Positions 63,875-64,000 of a DNA stretch of 64,000 nt are shown here, one piece after another. Both the position numbers and the translations under genes were made by a program. The notes beneath the pieces were generated by a model. The model saw nothing but the letters and a program-made list of their open reading frames with translations. It was not told the DNA's origin and ran no database searches. Positions within the stretch are counted from its first letter, which is position 1, and the number at the start of each line of letters is the position of its first letter. Source of the DNA: Convolutriloba macropyga (taxonomy: Eukaryota); contig NC_134481.1 in the NCBI RefSeq assembly GCF_964194025.1, forward strand, positions 41,478,001-41,542,000. Direction: 5' to 3'.

Positions 63875-64000
63875 TCACCAAATTTTTTGAACTGTAACGT
63901 CAATATTACTTTACCGGTCCCTGAAAAGGGGACTAATTGACCTGTTTCGGTACGTAACTCTATGGAAATTGATTGAATCGTATTTGAAAGTAGTTTTTTA
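63875..64000 (-). CDS. Minor capsid protein (penton) C-terminal fragment
   Basis: KKLLSNTIQSISIELRTETGQLVPF..GKVILTLQFKKFW*. Confidence 0.65.

Larger units (their letters stand above)
51667..64000 (-). mobile_element. Polinton/Maverick (adintovirus-like) element, left part; continues past the window
   Basis: Terminal AGTAGT at 51667 (candidate 6-bp TSD AATACA), with pPolB, adenain, MCP, core and penton genes. Confidence 0.92.

Overview
This is AT-rich eukaryotic DNA, most likely from an invertebrate animal. It has spliceosomal introns and about two host genes among many mobile elements. The host genes, both on the minus strand, are a 3-coding-exon H-type ferritin (787-2945, 168 aa, first coding intron GC-AG) and a 5-exon divergent KICS2/C12orf66 KICSTOR subunit (20659-26443, about 553 aa). 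The 1-20 kb region holds many non-autonomous Helentron-like (HINE/DINE-1 type) elements and a ~3.4-3.6 kb tandem duplication. A two-LTR Gypsy retrotransposon at 30712-40583 carries gag, pol, a chuvirus/herpes gB-like env, and a fourth ORF encoding a coiled coil plus a DnaJ J-domain (HLDKGG); the ORF track misses this J-domain frame. A Penelope-like element at ~41240-44720 has an SGNH-like upstream ORF, an RT with a PHD finger inserted in frame just before the YADD motif, a GIY-YIG nuclease and a hammerhead-ribozyme-like motif. Two CCCAG-terminated TIR elements with tandem arrays and some LINE remnants follow. From 51667 to the window end lies the left part of a Polinton/Maverick (adintovirus-like) element: AGTAGT terminus, intron-containing pPolB, PC4-like protein, adenain protease, major capsid, core protein and penton. 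All domain calls come from manual translation and motif recognition; no database searches were run.
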